Of a stretch of 64,000 nt of DNA, positions 10,104-20,332 are shown piece by piece. Source of the DNA: Marinobacter sp. (lineage in GTDB: Bacteria; Pseudomonadota; Gammaproteobacteria; Pseudomonadales; Oleiphilaceae); contig JAKLLS010000003.1 of NCBI GenBank assembly GCA_022014155.1, positions 5 to 64,004 of the forward strand. Direction: 5' to 3'. The notes below the pieces were generated by a model. The model saw only the letters and a program-made list of their open reading frames with translations. It searched no databases and had not been told where the DNA came from. Every line of letters starts with the position of its first letter. Positions within the stretch are counted from its first letter, which is position 1. A program made the position numbers and the translations under genes.

Positions 10104-11942
10104 TTAAGTGACTTCCGCGTCGATGATGGCGATCTGATTCCTGCCGGACGCTTTGGCCTGGTAGAGCGCGTCATCGGCGCGCTGGAAAAGCGTTTGCTGA
10201 TGGTCGTCGGCGGCAAATACGGCGATTCCGGCACTCAGGGTGAGGGTGACGTCAGTGCCGTCACTGGTCCTGATTGACGTGTGTTGCATGTCATCCAGAA
10301 TGTTCTGGCACACTCGGTGCGCGCCGTCGCGGCTTGTTCCCGGCAGGAGCAGTGCGAACTCCTCGCCTCCGAAACGGATGGCGATATCTCTCGGACGTTT
10401 GACGTGACGGCACAGAACGTCAGCTATGCGCTGCAGGCAGAGATCGCCAAAGCCGTGTCCCCAGGTGTCGTTGATGTTCTTGAAATGATCGGCGTCCACC
10501 AACGCCAGGGTCAGGGGCTGGCCGGTGCGTCTTGATTCCGCACACAACTCGGGCAACATGTTGTCGAGGTATCGCCGGTTATACAGTCCGGTCAAGGCAT
10601 CGTTGAGGCTCATGGTCGCCAGTTTCCGGTTGGCTTTTTCCAGTTCCTTCATGGCGTTTCTCAGCTGTGCGGTCCTTTCATGGACCTTCAGTTCCAGTTG
10701 TGAACGGGCATTGTGCTCCACATCCAGGAGCTTCTGATTGAGTAGTCGCCAGCGCTGCACCATCGCATAATTAAGAAGGATAACCTGGGCCCCGATGGCG
10801 ATCAGCATGAAAAACTCGCGGGCCAGGAAATCCGTGAGGTAACCAAATGCGGCCAGAGAGTAGATCAGAGTGCCGACCAGCATCACCGACCAGGCCAGCA
10901 CGTACCAGAGTGCGGGAGCGTAGCCCTGACGCCATCTGAATATGCCAATGACAAACAGGCTGGAAATGACGGTCAACGCCAATAGGGTATTGAGCAGGAT
11001 TGATTTGTTGTACGGCAGCAGGAATGTCATGGCCAGAAGCCCGGCTGACGCCCAGCCGAGGGCCGTTAATGTTGTCGCTGACAGGGTGCCGGACGAGATC
11101 TCCAGAAAAGAACGGCCGAAAAGGGTCATTGCCAGGGCGCAAAGGGCAATGAGTAACGGGATTGAGGTGTTGGCAAACCCGATGCTGTCGGGCCAGAAGT
11201 ATTGATTGGCAAAACCGCCCATGGCGAACAGGAATATGCCCATGCTGGCCATGTAAAACGCGTTGTGAAAGTAATAAGCCGTACCCGAACTGATAAACAG
11301 AAGAAGATTGAACACAGCAAAGACCAACAAGGCGCCGTAAAACAGGCCGTGGGTCAGGGTAAGGTGATTGCTTCCAGCGATAAGGGCGTCCGGCGTCTCC
11401 AGCGACAGTGGCACATTGAGGGCGCCGCTGCTACGGATTCTGAGGGTAATCTCCTGTTTATCCCCGGGGCCCAGGGTGACGGGGAGGAGAAAATACCGGT
11501 AATCTATGCCCCGCGAGAGGAATGGGCGCTGGTCTCCGGTGACCAGCGTGGAGGAAGTCGACGTGCCGTCTTGCCAGAATGTGACATCATCCAGCAGGGG
11601 GTAGTTGAGTTTCAGATACCAGAATCCCCCTTGTTCGCTGGCATTGGTCAGGTGTAGGTGCACCCAGTACACAGAGTTGGTATGACTGAACACCAGGTCA
11701 TGACCGGCGGCCTCTTGCCAGTCGAGGTTGGCTGGTAACTCATTCGGATTTTTTGCCTGGTGGGCCAGGTCGCCCGGGGCAGCCACGTGGAAGCACACAT
11801 GGTCCATCAGCGTCGCACGTTGGCGATCCATGCTGGCATCGAGAGCCGGGCAGGGACTTCCCGGATGGGCACCCAGTGCGGGAGAAGCACCAACCAGTGC
11901 CAGAGCTGTCAGCGCGATAAAAATACGCAGGTAAAGCTGCAT
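10104..11942 (-). CDS. 7TMR-DISM sensor diguanylate cyclase
   Basis: Signal peptide, periplasmic DISMED2-like region (YWV, YPLLD), about 7 TM helices, coiled coil, DALTGLYNRR, RPRD I-site, RFGGEEF, ADDALYQAK. Confidence 0.88.
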   Translation of the reverse strand: MQLYLRIFIALTALALVGASPALGAHPGSPCPALDASMDRQRATLMDHVCFHVAAPGDLAHQAKNPNELPANLDWQEAAGHDLVFSHTNSVYWVHLHLTNASEQGGFWYLKLNYPLLDDVTFWQDGTSTSSTLVTGDQRPFLSRGIDYRYFLLPVTLGPGDKQEITLRIRSSGALNVPLSLETPDALIAGSNHLTLTHGLFYGALLVFAVFNLLLFISSGTAYYFHNAFYMASMGIFLFAMGGFANQYFWPDSIGFANTSIPLLIALCALAMTLFGRSFLEISSGTLSATTLTALGWASAGLLAMTFLLPYNKSILLNTLLALTVISSLFVIGIFRWRQGYAPALWYVLAWSVMLVGTLIYSLAAFGYLTDFLAREFFMLIAIGAQVILLNYAMVQRWRLLNQKLLDVEHNARSQLELKVHERTAQLRNAMKELEKANRKLATMSLNDALTGLYNRRYLDNMLPELCAESRRTGQPLTLALVDADHFKNINDTWGHGFGDLCLQRIADVLCRHVKRPRDIAIRFGGEEFALLLPGTSRDGAHRVCQNILDDMQHTSIRTSDGTDVTLTLSAGIAVFAADDHQQTLFQRADDALYQAKASGRNQIAIIDAEVT

Positions 11943-12058
11943 CAGTGGGTTCCTGCAGGGAAGTAGCCTGCAAGTGTAGCGGCAGCCCGTGATCTTCACT
12001 GTTAAACAGTTTCAAATTCTTGAGGATTTCCCTGACGGAAATCCCTGAAAGGTATTCC

Positions 12059-13135
12059 ATGGAACACATGATCTTGTTTTGCCGCCCCGGTTTCGAAACA
12101 GAAGCGGGCCAGGAAATAACCGATGCGGCCGCCGCCAGGGGTGTCTTCGGCTATTTTGAACCTCGTGGCAAACACGGTTACTTGCTTTTCTTCCTGACGG
12201 GGTCAGAAGGGAGTGACGAATTGCTCCGCCGCCTGGACTTGGACGACCTGGTGTTTGTCAGGGACTGGTTTGTCGGGCTTGCCAGGATAGCCTTGCCGGC
12301 TGCAGATCGGGTTGGAGCCGTGATTCAAGGTCTGCAGGCGTTGCCGACCGGGTTTGCAAATTGCGCGAGGGTTGAAGTTCGGGTACCCGAAGACAACGCC
12401 GACCGAGATCTGGGAAATTTTGCCAGGAAATGGGTTGCCCCTTTATCCCGGGGGTTGCGTGGTGCCGGCTTGTTAAAGCCGGACCCAGGAGCCGACGCAC
12501 CTGCAAGGCTGGAAATTCTCCTGCCGGAATTCGACAGTGTCTTGATCGGGATCAGCCCAGCCGGGAACCGCGCCCGTTATGTTGGTGGGATTCCCAGGCT
12601 GCGTTTGCCGGCCTCGGCGCCGAGTCGTTCAGCGCTCAAGCTTGAGGAAGCCTGGAAAGTCTTCCTTCCGCCAGAGCAGGCCCTGGATTATCTCGGGGGT
12701 GGCAAGCAGGCAGTGGATCTAGGGGCCGCTCCGGGTGGCTGGACCTGGCAGTTGGTGCGACAGGGTATGATAGTAGTGGCAGTGGATAATGGCCCAATGA
12801 ACGCAGAGTTGATGGCGTCGGGGCAGGTTGAGCATGTTGAAGCGGATGGCTACTTCTGGAAACCACGTCGTGGTGTTGACTGGATGGTCTGTGACATTGT
12901 TGACCACCCTCGCCGCACGTCGCAGATGGCCGTGGACTGGCTGAAGAACGGCCTGTGCCGTTACAGCATTTTTAACCTGAAGCTGCCGATGAAGAAACGG
13001 TATGAAGAGTGGTTGATATGCAGGGGAATCATCGAAAGTGGGTTGGCGGAGGCGGAGATGACGTTTCGTCTCAGGGCGCGCCATCTCTACCACGATCGAG
13101 AAGAAATCACCTGCTTCATTGAGCGGTTGATGTAG
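12059..13135 (+). CDS. rlmM: 23S rRNA C2498 2'-O-methyltransferase
   Basis: LFCRPGFE, APSRSALKLEEA, AVDLGAAPGGWT, WMVCDIV, FNLKLPMKKRY, HLYHDREEIT. Confidence 0.95.
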   Translation: MEHMILFCRPGFETEAGQEITDAAAARGVFGYFEPRGKHGYLLFFLTGSEGSDELLRRLDLDDLVFVRDWFVGLARIALPAADRVGAVIQGLQALPTGFANCARVEVRVPEDNADRDLGNFARKWVAPLSRGLRGAGLLKPDPGADAPARLEILLPEFDSVLIGISPAGNRARYVGGIPRLRLPASAPSRSALKLEEAWKVFLPPEQALDYLGGGKQAVDLGAAPGGWTWQLVRQGMIVVAVDNGPMNAELMASGQVEHVEADGYFWKPRRGVDWMVCDIVDHPRRTSQMAVDWLKNGLCRYSIFNLKLPMKKRYEEWLICRGIIESGLAEAEMTFRLRARHLYHDREEITCFIERLM

Positions 13136-13149
13136 ATGCTTGCAGTTGG

Positions 13150-13434
13150 TCAGCTCTGATAGAGCACCGTGATGGCTTCGTCCTGGTCCATCATGGGGAT
13201 CAGTTCGGCCATCAATTCTTTCCGTTCTTTGGAGCGGTACCAATGGTCCCAGTCCATTTCTGAGCGCCAGTTGGACAGCGTCAGGCGATGGTTGGGGTCG
13301 CGGGCATCCACCAGGGTTTCACCGGATATGAACCCGGGGGCACTGACAGCTTGTTGCAGAACCTTGCGGGCCCGCACCTCATAGGCGGACTCAAGTGTCT
13401 CGGCGATATGACGTTCAATCAACACGCGGATCAT
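13150..13434 (-). CDS. Antibiotic biosynthesis monooxygenase (ABM) family protein
   Basis: 94 aa; PGFISGETL and W.S..DW..W..S.ER pattern. Confidence 0.75.
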   Translation of the reverse strand: MIRVLIERHIAETLESAYEVRARKVLQQAVSAPGFISGETLVDARDPNHRLTLSNWRSEMDWDHWYRSKERKELMAELIPMMDQDEAITVLYQS

Positions 13435-13496
13435 AGCTTACCTCGTAACATTTTGACTGTTATAAACAATAATTTAGCATGTAATCTCAGAAACAC

Positions 13497-13763
13497 ATGA
13501 AATTAACCAACGGAGAAGCGGCTTTGGACGAGATAACGTTTGACGGAGAGCTGGACGCCCGGGGGCTGTATTGTCCAGAGCCGGTGATGCTGCTGCATAA
13601 CCGGATTACCGAGGTGCCAGTGGGCGGTATCCTGAAGGTGGTGGCTACCGACCCCTCAACGACTCGGGACATTCCCCGCTTCTGTCAGTTCCTTGAGCAC
13701 CAACTGGTTCACAGTGAGGAGTCCGGGGAAGAATTTCTCTTTTTTATACGTCGAGGGAGTTGA
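13497..13763 (+). CDS. tusA: Sulfur carrier protein TusA
   Basis: [13 protein letters not shown] and [14 protein letters not shown] motifs. Confidence 0.93.
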   Translation: MKLTNGEAALDEITFDGELDARGLYCPEPVMLLHNRITEVPVGGILKVVATDPSTTRDIPRFCQFLEHQLVHSEESGEEFLFFIRRGS

Positions 13764-15648
13764 GGTGGGCCAGAAACTGGTCCCTGTCCATTTCGCCGAG
13801 AACCCTCGCGCCTGATAGCTCACGTCCATTGCTGTCGTAGAACAGGATGGCGGGTGGTCCGAACAGTCCCAGTTCTTCCAGCAAAGCCTGCTGGGCAGGC
13901 GTGTTGTCAGTCATGTCGATCTGCAGGAGGTGATGAGATTTCAGGGCCTCCACCACGGTTGGATCGGAAAACACGTTACGTTCCATGACCTTGCATGAGA
14001 TGCACCAGTCCGCATAGAAGTCCAGCATGGCCGGTTTCCCCTGTTGGCGGGCCTTCATCAGCAGTCCTCGGATTTCTTCGGGTGTTTCCACCCGGGTGAA
14101 ACCTGCATGCTCCTGTAAGGGCTGTTTTCCAGGAGTTGTGGTTGTTGCGGTGTAGGGTGCCAGTGGATTCAGGGGGTCCTGAGCACCGCCGACGGCGCCA
14201 GCCAATAACGCCAGAGCATAGGCGAACATGACCAGCCCCAGGCCCTTGCGGGTTCTTTCCCAGCCGGCCCTGGCTGCGTCAAATGCACCGAGCTGAACAC
14301 CGCTAATGGCAACGAGCAGGCCCCACAAAGTAAGTGCCACCCACGCAGGCACCAATCGCTCGATCAGCCAGATGGCGACAGCCAGTAGCATCACCCCGTA
14401 GAAGGCTTTCACCACGTTCATCCAGGGGCCAGTGGATGGCAACAGCTTGCGGCCGCCGACGGCGACCAGAATCAGGGGAGTGCCCATGCCCAGGCCCAGG
14501 GAGAACAAGGCAATGCCGCCGATAAATGCATCCTGGGTGGTGCTGATGTACAACAGGCTTCCCGCCAGAGGGGCGGATACGCAGGGAGAGACTATCAGTG
14601 CTGAAATCGCGCCAATACCGAAAATGCTGAAAACGCGGGTACCGGTCAGTTGATGACTGGCGTGGTTCAATGGTTCCCGGATGAACCGGGGCAGCTGGAT
14701 TTCAAACAGATTGAACATTGATAGTGCAAACACTATGAACAGCGTTGCGAACGCGCCGAGCACCCAGGGGGACTGCAGGTGAGTCTGAATATTGAAACTG
14801 GCACCAAGTAAGCCGGTAATAACACCTGCAGCGGCGTAAGTCAGCGCCATGCCCAGCACATAGCTGGAGGACAGCATAAGGGCATGAGCCGTTGTCTGGG
14901 TATTGCGGCTGGACACCAGTGACGAAATGATGGGGACCATTGGTAACACGCAGGGGGTGAATGTCAGGCCCAGGCCCAGCAACAGGAAAACCGCGGCAAT
15001 GACGAGGGTCGATTGCTCCGAGAGAAATCCAGCCAGCCCTGTCGCTGAATCGGTGTTGACGTCAACAGTGGTGCTGGAGCCCCCGGTGCCGTCAGCTGTG
15101 GTGGTGGAGGCAGCTGCGCCTGCTTCGTTGGTGGAATCATCAGTACCGCTGCCGGCGTAATAAAGAACATCCCGGGTCTGAGGCGGATAACACAGTCCGG
15201 CTTCGGCACAACCCTGATAGGTGACCTGTAGTTCGGCTTCCTGCATTCCTTCGGGTAGGGATACCGGAACCTGCGCTTCCACCGGTTCGTAAAATACGGT
15301 CACCTCGCCGAAATACTCATCTTCGGTCGTGGTGCCCTGGAGCGAGAATCGAGGTTCGCCAACGGTAACCCCGTCAGTCACCGATTCAACCGAAACCCGG
15401 CTCTTGTAGAGGTAGTGTCCCGGCGCCACATCCCAGGTCAGCACCACCCCGTTATTTTCGGTGATGTAATTAAAAGGGAGCGCCTCATCAACGGGCAGGA
15501 AGTCGCCATTGTTTCCAAACAGTGTATTACCCGAGTTTCCAATTCCCCAGGATGCCGCGGAAAGTAGTAGAAGAAACAGGGTCATAGCAGTTCGGCCGAC
15601 CAGAGTGTCCATGGTAAGGCGTTCTGAAAATGGAGCAGGCTCAGTCAT
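13744..15648 (-). CDS. dsbD: Thiol:disulfide interchange protein DsbD (start may be up to about 60 nt downstream)
   Basis: [13 protein letters not shown] (alpha), FTPCVLPM and SPCVSAPL (beta), [10 protein letters not shown] (gamma). Confidence 0.93.
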   Translation of the reverse strand: MTEPAPFSERLTMDTLVGRTAMTLFLLLLSAASWGIGNSGNTLFGNNGDFLPVDEALPFNYITENNGVVLTWDVAPGHYLYKSRVSVESVTDGVTVGEPRFSLQGTTTEDEYFGEVTVFYEPVEAQVPVSLPEGMQEAELQVTYQGCAEAGLCYPPQTRDVLYYAGSGTDDSTNEAGAAASTTTADGTGGSSTTVDVNTDSATGLAGFLSEQSTLVIAAVFLLLGLGLTFTPCVLPMVPIISSLVSSRNTQTTAHALMLSSSYVLGMALTYAAAGVITGLLGASFNIQTHLQSPWVLGAFATLFIVFALSMFNLFEIQLPRFIREPLNHASHQLTGTRVFSIFGIGAISALIVSPCVSAPLAGSLLYISTTQDAFIGGIALFSLGLGMGTPLILVAVGGRKLLPSTGPWMNVVKAFYGVMLLAVAIWLIERLVPAWVALTLWGLLVAISGVQLGAFDAARAGWERTRKGLGLVMFAYALALLAGAVGGAQDPLNPLAPYTATTTTPGKQPLQEHAGFTRVETPEEIRGLLMKARQQGKPAMLDFYADWCISCKVMERNVFSDPTVVEALKSHHLLQIDMTDNTPAQQALLEELGLFGPPAILFYDSNGRELSGARVLGEMDRDQFLAHLNSLDV

Positions 15649-15802
15649 AGGGGGGTCAGTTCCTGGATCGGCGTGTTCTTGAATGTCGCTGGCGGAGGAT
15701 TATACCCCTTTGAGCAGCGGACCATCGGTTGCAATAGACAAACATAGCACCCTAAAGTTCCCTCTGGCATTGCGGGGTTTAAAGTCGCACAATAGCGACC
15801 CA

Positions 15803-16381
15803 ATGAATCACAATCCAGACGATCTTATCATGCTGTTCAATGACCTGTTCCGGGAAAGCTACCGGACGGTCCTGATCAGGGGCAATGATGAGCCCGAATA
15901 CCTGCCTGCTGCTGAGGCAGGTAGCGTTGCACAGATTATTTTTGCTCATGGCTATTATGCAAGCGCCCTGCATGAAATCAGCCACTGGTGCATTGCCGGG
16001 TCACATCGCCGGACCCTGAGGGACTATGGTTACTGGTACTGTCCTGACGGCCGTTCCGCGAGCCAGCAGCTGGCATTTGAGCAGGTAGAGGTTAAGCCTC
16101 AGGCACTTGAATGGCTTTTTTCCGCGGCTGCGGGCGCCCGCTTTCATATCAGTGTGGACAACCTCTCCGGAGACGGAGCAGCCGATGAAGACGGCTTTCG
16201 CCGCAAGGTAAGGGCGCAGGCCAATCGTTACCTGGAGTGTGGGATGCCGGCACGTGCCCGGGCATTCTTTGATACGCTCAGGTCATTCTATGGAACCGGG
16301 GAAACGTTTGAACGAGCCTGGCATGAAGAGTCCCGGCGCATACTCCCGACGGATTCCAAAACAGACACAGAGGTAGACTGA
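15803..16381 (+). CDS. epmC: Elongation factor P hydroxylase EpmC (YfcM)
   Basis: EPEYLPA, FAHGYYASALHEISHWCIAG, DYGYWYCPDGR, FEQVEVKPQALEW. Confidence 0.92.
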   Translation: MNHNPDDLIMLFNDLFRESYRTVLIRGNDEPEYLPAAEAGSVAQIIFAHGYYASALHEISHWCIAGSHRRTLRDYGYWYCPDGRSASQQLAFEQVEVKPQALEWLFSAAAGARFHISVDNLSGDGAADEDGFRRKVRAQANRYLECGMPARARAFFDTLRSFYGTGETFERAWHEESRRILPTDSKTDTEVD

Positions 16382-16387
16382 ATACAT

Positions 16388-17683
16388 ATGACATCTGACT
16401 CAAGCGAAACCGGCAAGACGCTGTTCAAGGATCTCAACCTCGATCAGCGTCTGCTGGACGCCATCACCGACATTGGTTTCGAGCATTGCACGCCGATCCA
16501 GGCTGAGACCCTGCCGTTCACACTGGTTTGCCAGGACCTGATAGGTCAGGCACAGACCGGTACCGGTAAAACTGCAGCCTTCCTGATCACGGCTATCCAG
16601 AGCCTGCTGGAAACACCGGTTCCTGAAAAAGACCGATTTGCGTCCGAACCCCGCGTATTGGCGTTGGCGCCGACCCGGGAACTGGCCATGCAGATTGCCA
16701 AGGATGCCGAGCAGCTCTGCGGTTACACCGGCCATAACGTAGTGACCGTGGTCGGTGGCATGAACTACGACAAGCAGCGCGATCAATTGCAGAACGAGAT
16801 TGTTGATATTCTGGTTGCGACCCCCGGGCGATTAATTGATTTCCTGGGTTCTCAGGACGTGTTCCTGGATCAGCTTGATATCCTGATTCTGGATGAAGCG
16901 GACCGTATGCTGGACATGGGCTTTATCCCCGACGTCAAGCGTATCATTCGCAAGTGTACCCCGAAGGAAGACCGGCAGACCCTGCTGTTCAGTGCCACAT
17001 TTAACCAGGATGTACTGAATCTGGCTTCCATGTGGACGCGCAATGCCGAGTTTGTGGAAATCGAGCCGGAGCAGAAAACCGCGGAGCGGGTCGAGCAGAC
17101 GGTTTACCTCGTGGGAGAGGACGAAAAGCTGCCGGTGCTGGTGAATTACCTGAAGCGACCGGATGTTGAAAAGGCGATTGTCTTTGCCAATCGGCGGGAC
17201 CAGTGCCGGGATCTGGACGAGGATCTCCGCAATCAGGGCGTGAAAGTTGCTCTGATGTCGGGGGAAATCGCACAGAATAAGCGCCTGAAGACCCTTGACC
17301 AATTCAAGAAGGGCACCATTCAGGTTCTGGTGGCAACGGACGTTGCCGGTCGGGGAATTCACGTTAACGGCGTCACCCACGTTTTCAACTACAATCTTCC
17401 CGAGAATGCCGAAGATTATGTGCACCGTATCGGCCGTACCGGTCGTGCCGGTAAAACCGGCGTGTCGGTGAGCTTTGCCAGTGAAGACGATGCCTTCTCG
17501 CTGCCGGCCATTGAGACCTACATCAGCCAGAAGCTCAAAACCACCGTGCCGGATGAAGAGTTGATGGCACCCATGTCCAATGCGCCAATCACCAGAAAGC
17601 GTGGCGGACGCCGACCCCAGGGAAGCCGGGGGCAGGGTGGTCGTAGCCAGGGTGGGCGTCCCCAGCGACAGCGCAGGAACTAA
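16388..17683 (+). CDS. rhlB: DEAD-box RNA helicase RhlB
   Basis: AQTGTGKT, PTRELA, DEADRMLDMGF, SAT, HRIGRTGR; basic RG-rich tail. Confidence 0.88.
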   Translation: MTSDSSETGKTLFKDLNLDQRLLDAITDIGFEHCTPIQAETLPFTLVCQDLIGQAQTGTGKTAAFLITAIQSLLETPVPEKDRFASEPRVLALAPTRELAMQIAKDAEQLCGYTGHNVVTVVGGMNYDKQRDQLQNEIVDILVATPGRLIDFLGSQDVFLDQLDILILDEADRMLDMGFIPDVKRIIRKCTPKEDRQTLLFSATFNQDVLNLASMWTRNAEFVEIEPEQKTAERVEQTVYLVGEDEKLPVLVNYLKRPDVEKAIVFANRRDQCRDLDEDLRNQGVKVALMSGEIAQNKRLKTLDQFKKGTIQVLVATDVAGRGIHVNGVTHVFNYNLPENAEDYVHRIGRTGRAGKTGVSVSFASEDDAFSLPAIETYISQKLKTTVPDEELMAPMSNAPITRKRGGRRPQGSRGQGGRSQGGRPQRQRRN

Positions 17684-17703
17684 CGAGGCCGGAAGATCAG
17701 ACC

Positions 17704-18858
17704 ATGTTAATCGTAGCGGATGAAAACATTCCCCTGGTGGACTCGTTTTTCGGGGATATTGGCAATATTCGCCGGGTGTCGGGGCGCAGTATGTCGCCCG
17801 AGGACGTCAATGACGCTGATATCCTGCTGGTGCGCTCGGTCACCAGGGTCAATGAGGCGTTACTGAAAGACAGTCGGGTTCGCTACGTTGGCACATCAAC
17901 CATCGGCACCGATCACGTCGACCTGGCCTGGCTGAAATCCCGGGGGATTGCGTTTTCAGCGGCTCCTGGCTGCAACGCCAACAGCGTAGCGGAATATGTA
18001 CTGTCTGTGCTGTCACTGTACGCCGAAAAGCAGGGCGTGGATGATTGGGAAACTCTGAGTGTTGGCATCGTAGGTGCCGGTAATGTGGGCAGTGAGTTGG
18101 CGCGCAAGCTGGATAAGCTGGGTTTCACTATCCGCGTGTGTGATCCGCCTCGCGCCGAACAGGAGGAAAACGGGGAGCAGGTTTTCTGCACTCTGGATGA
18201 GGCGTTGGAGTGTGACGTTATTACGCTGCACACGCCGCTCACCAAAGAATCCCCGCATGCGACATTCCACATGATTGACAAGGCCAGGCTTGACCAGCTT
18301 ACCGCCGGTCAATTACTGATTAATACCAGCCGCGGCGAGGTCATCGACTCGGTTGCGCTGCAAGAGCGCCTGGATTGCCCGAATGCGCCGACCGTGGTGC
18401 TGGATGTGTGGGAGCAGGAGCCACGGATTAACCCGCAACTGGTTGGTCAAGTTTGGCTGGCGACCCCTCATATTGCGGGTTACAGCCTGGAAGGCAAGGT
18501 TCAGGGCACTGAAATGATTTATCTGTCACTGTGTCGGTTTCTTGGCCTGCCAGTACGCAAAAAAGCGGGTCAGTATCTGCCGGAACCAGCGTTGAGCAAA
18601 CTGTCGTTTACCAGTGCGGCGGAAGAGATGGGGGCTGGTAACATTGCCATGCGTTCCTGTTACGATCCTCGCAGGGACGATGCGCGCCTGAGACTTACCA
18701 TGGAGCTGCCGGCGGAAGAGCGGGCCAGTGCTTTTGACCGGCTGCGTAAGAACTATCCGGTGCGACGAGAATTTTCCAGTGTGAAAATTCAGCTCAAGGG
18801 CACCAGCAAATCCCTGCAGGACACGTTCCGTGCCCTGGGGTTCAAGCTCAAAATCTGA
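17704..18858 (+). CDS. pdxB: Erythronate-4-phosphate dehydrogenase
   Basis: IVADENIP, LLVRSVT, APGCNA, GAGNVG, LHTPL, TPHIAGYS, FDRLRKNYPVRRE. Confidence 0.95.
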   Translation: MLIVADENIPLVDSFFGDIGNIRRVSGRSMSPEDVNDADILLVRSVTRVNEALLKDSRVRYVGTSTIGTDHVDLAWLKSRGIAFSAAPGCNANSVAEYVLSVLSLYAEKQGVDDWETLSVGIVGAGNVGSELARKLDKLGFTIRVCDPPRAEQEENGEQVFCTLDEALECDVITLHTPLTKESPHATFHMIDKARLDQLTAGQLLINTSRGEVIDSVALQERLDCPNAPTVVLDVWEQEPRINPQLVGQVWLATPHIAGYSLEGKVQGTEMIYLSLCRFLGLPVRKKAGQYLPEPALSKLSFTSAAEEMGAGNIAMRSCYDPRRDDARLRLTMELPAEERASAFDRLRKNYPVRREFSSVKIQLKGTSKSLQDTFRALGFKLKI

Positions 18859-19740
18859 TTAGAGGTTTGCCTTCTGCAGGGCTTCGATACGGCTCTCAAG
18901 TGGCGGGTGCGTCATAAACAGGGCACTGAGACCCGCCCGGGCACCCCGGTTGATACCAAACGCCTGCAGTGAATCCGGCATCTGGTCCGGTACCTCGCTT
19001 TCCTGTTTCAATCTTGCCAGGGCGCTGATCATGGCGCTGCGACCGGCGAGTTGTGCGCCGGCAATGTCGGCACGGAATTCCCTGCGACGAGAGAACCAGA
19101 ACACGATAGTGCTGGCCAGAATGCCGAGGACAATTTCCGCCACGATACTGACCACAAAAAAGCCGATACCGTGGCCGCTTTCATTCTTGAACACGACCCG
19201 GTCGACGAATGAGCCAATCACCCGCGAAGCAAAAATCACAAAAGTGTTCACCACACCCTGAATCAGTGCCAGCGTCACCATGTCACCATTGGCTACGTGG
19301 CCAATCTCGTGGCCGAGCACGGCGCGGATTTCGTCCTTGTTAAAACGATGAAGCAGGCCTTCACTAACGGCGACCAGTGAATTGTTCTTGTTCCAGCCAG
19401 TGGCAAATGCATTGGACTGGGAGGCAGGGAAGATAGCGACTTCAGGCATTCCTATGCCGGCGTTCTTCGCCAGCTCCGCCACAGTATCGACAAGCCAGCG
19501 CTCCGCCGGAGTCCGGGGAGCGTCAATCACTTTGGCCTTGGTGCTCCATTTAGCCATGGGCTTGGAGATTAACAGGGACACAATGGCACCGGCAAAGCCG
19601 AATACGGCCGCGAAAGCCAACAACGATCCGTATTGAATACCGTTCTGGGCCAGATAGCTGTCTACGCCAAGCAGGCGCAGGGTGATACTGGCAACAATGA
19701 TGACCGCCAGGTTGGTGGCGAGAAATAACAGTATGCGCAT
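18859..19740 (-). CDS. htpX: Membrane zinc protease HtpX
   Basis: [41 protein letters not shown]. Confidence 0.96.
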   Translation of the reverse strand: MRILLFLATNLAVIIVASITLRLLGVDSYLAQNGIQYGSLLAFAAVFGFAGAIVSLLISKPMAKWSTKAKVIDAPRTPAERWLVDTVAELAKNAGIGMPEVAIFPASQSNAFATGWNKNNSLVAVSEGLLHRFNKDEIRAVLGHEIGHVANGDMVTLALIQGVVNTFVIFASRVIGSFVDRVVFKNESGHGIGFFVVSIVAEIVLGILASTIVFWFSRRREFRADIAGAQLAGRSAMISALARLKQESEVPDQMPDSLQAFGINRGARAGLSALFMTHPPLESRIEALQKANL

Positions 19741-19795
19741 ATTCGGTTCCCTGGTTATTTCGTAATCCGCAAACGCGACAGGTTGCTGATGGTTT

Positions 19796-19823
19796 ATATG
19801 TGGGTTGCGGGCCCGGGTTCAAT
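19796..19823 (-). promoter_or_regulatory. Putative sigma32 promoter of htpX
   Basis: Minus strand ATTGAA-N13-CCCACATAT resembles CTTGAA-N13/14-CCCCATNT; htpX is a classical RpoH target. Confidence 0.6.
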
Positions 19824-19837
19824 GGGGTTACGCGGTT

Positions 19838-20320
19838 TTAATGATCCGCTGTTGTCGCGGAAGTTCCACCAAAAAAAACGCCCTGCATTACCCGGCTGAT
19901 CGTCGCCGAGCTACCGTTGCGCAAAGCATTGCGGATTAGGTGGACGTGGGTCGAAAGATCCTGTTTGACCGACTCGGGCAGTCCATCCTTGTTCTTGGGA
20001 GCCAACACCTCGAGGTTTTTCAGTAGCTCAGCGCTGGCGGGAGTGCTCAGGCGGACAAAGGCTTTCTGGGTGAGTACGGCCTGGTCCAGCGCTTCCTGAC
20101 GGATGGTATCCACATAGCGCAGCAGACCTTCCTCTTCGAGCCAGAGTAGGGCGCCAAAGCAAGCCATGTGGCGTTTGCTGTGCAGACCGAATTCGTCTGG
20201 TTCGTCCGGACCGGCGATATCTTCCACGAACAGGTTGGTGCGCCTCGGAAAAGCACCATAAAGCTGAACCAGGGCAATGGCGGTATCTTTGTAGAATTCC
20301 TCTATGTGTATGTCAGCCAT
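19838..20320 (-). CDS. Conserved hypothetical protein (PA2829-like), downstream of alaA
   Basis: 160-aa ORF starting 12 nt after the alaA stop; position between the aminotransferase and htpX matches Pseudomonas. Confidence 0.75.
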   Translation of the reverse strand: MADIHIEEFYKDTAIALVQLYGAFPRRTNLFVEDIAGPDEPDEFGLHSKRHMACFGALLWLEEEGLLRYVDTIRQEALDQAVLTQKAFVRLSTPASAELLKNLEVLAPKNKDGLPESVKQDLSTHVHLIRNALRNGSSATISRVMQGVFFGGTSATTADH

Positions 20321-20332
20321 AAGCCGCACCAA

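Noticed and set aside
15060-15160. Ser/Thr/Ala/Gly low-complexity stretch in dsbD
   Set aside because: Ordinary flexible linker between the alpha and beta domains
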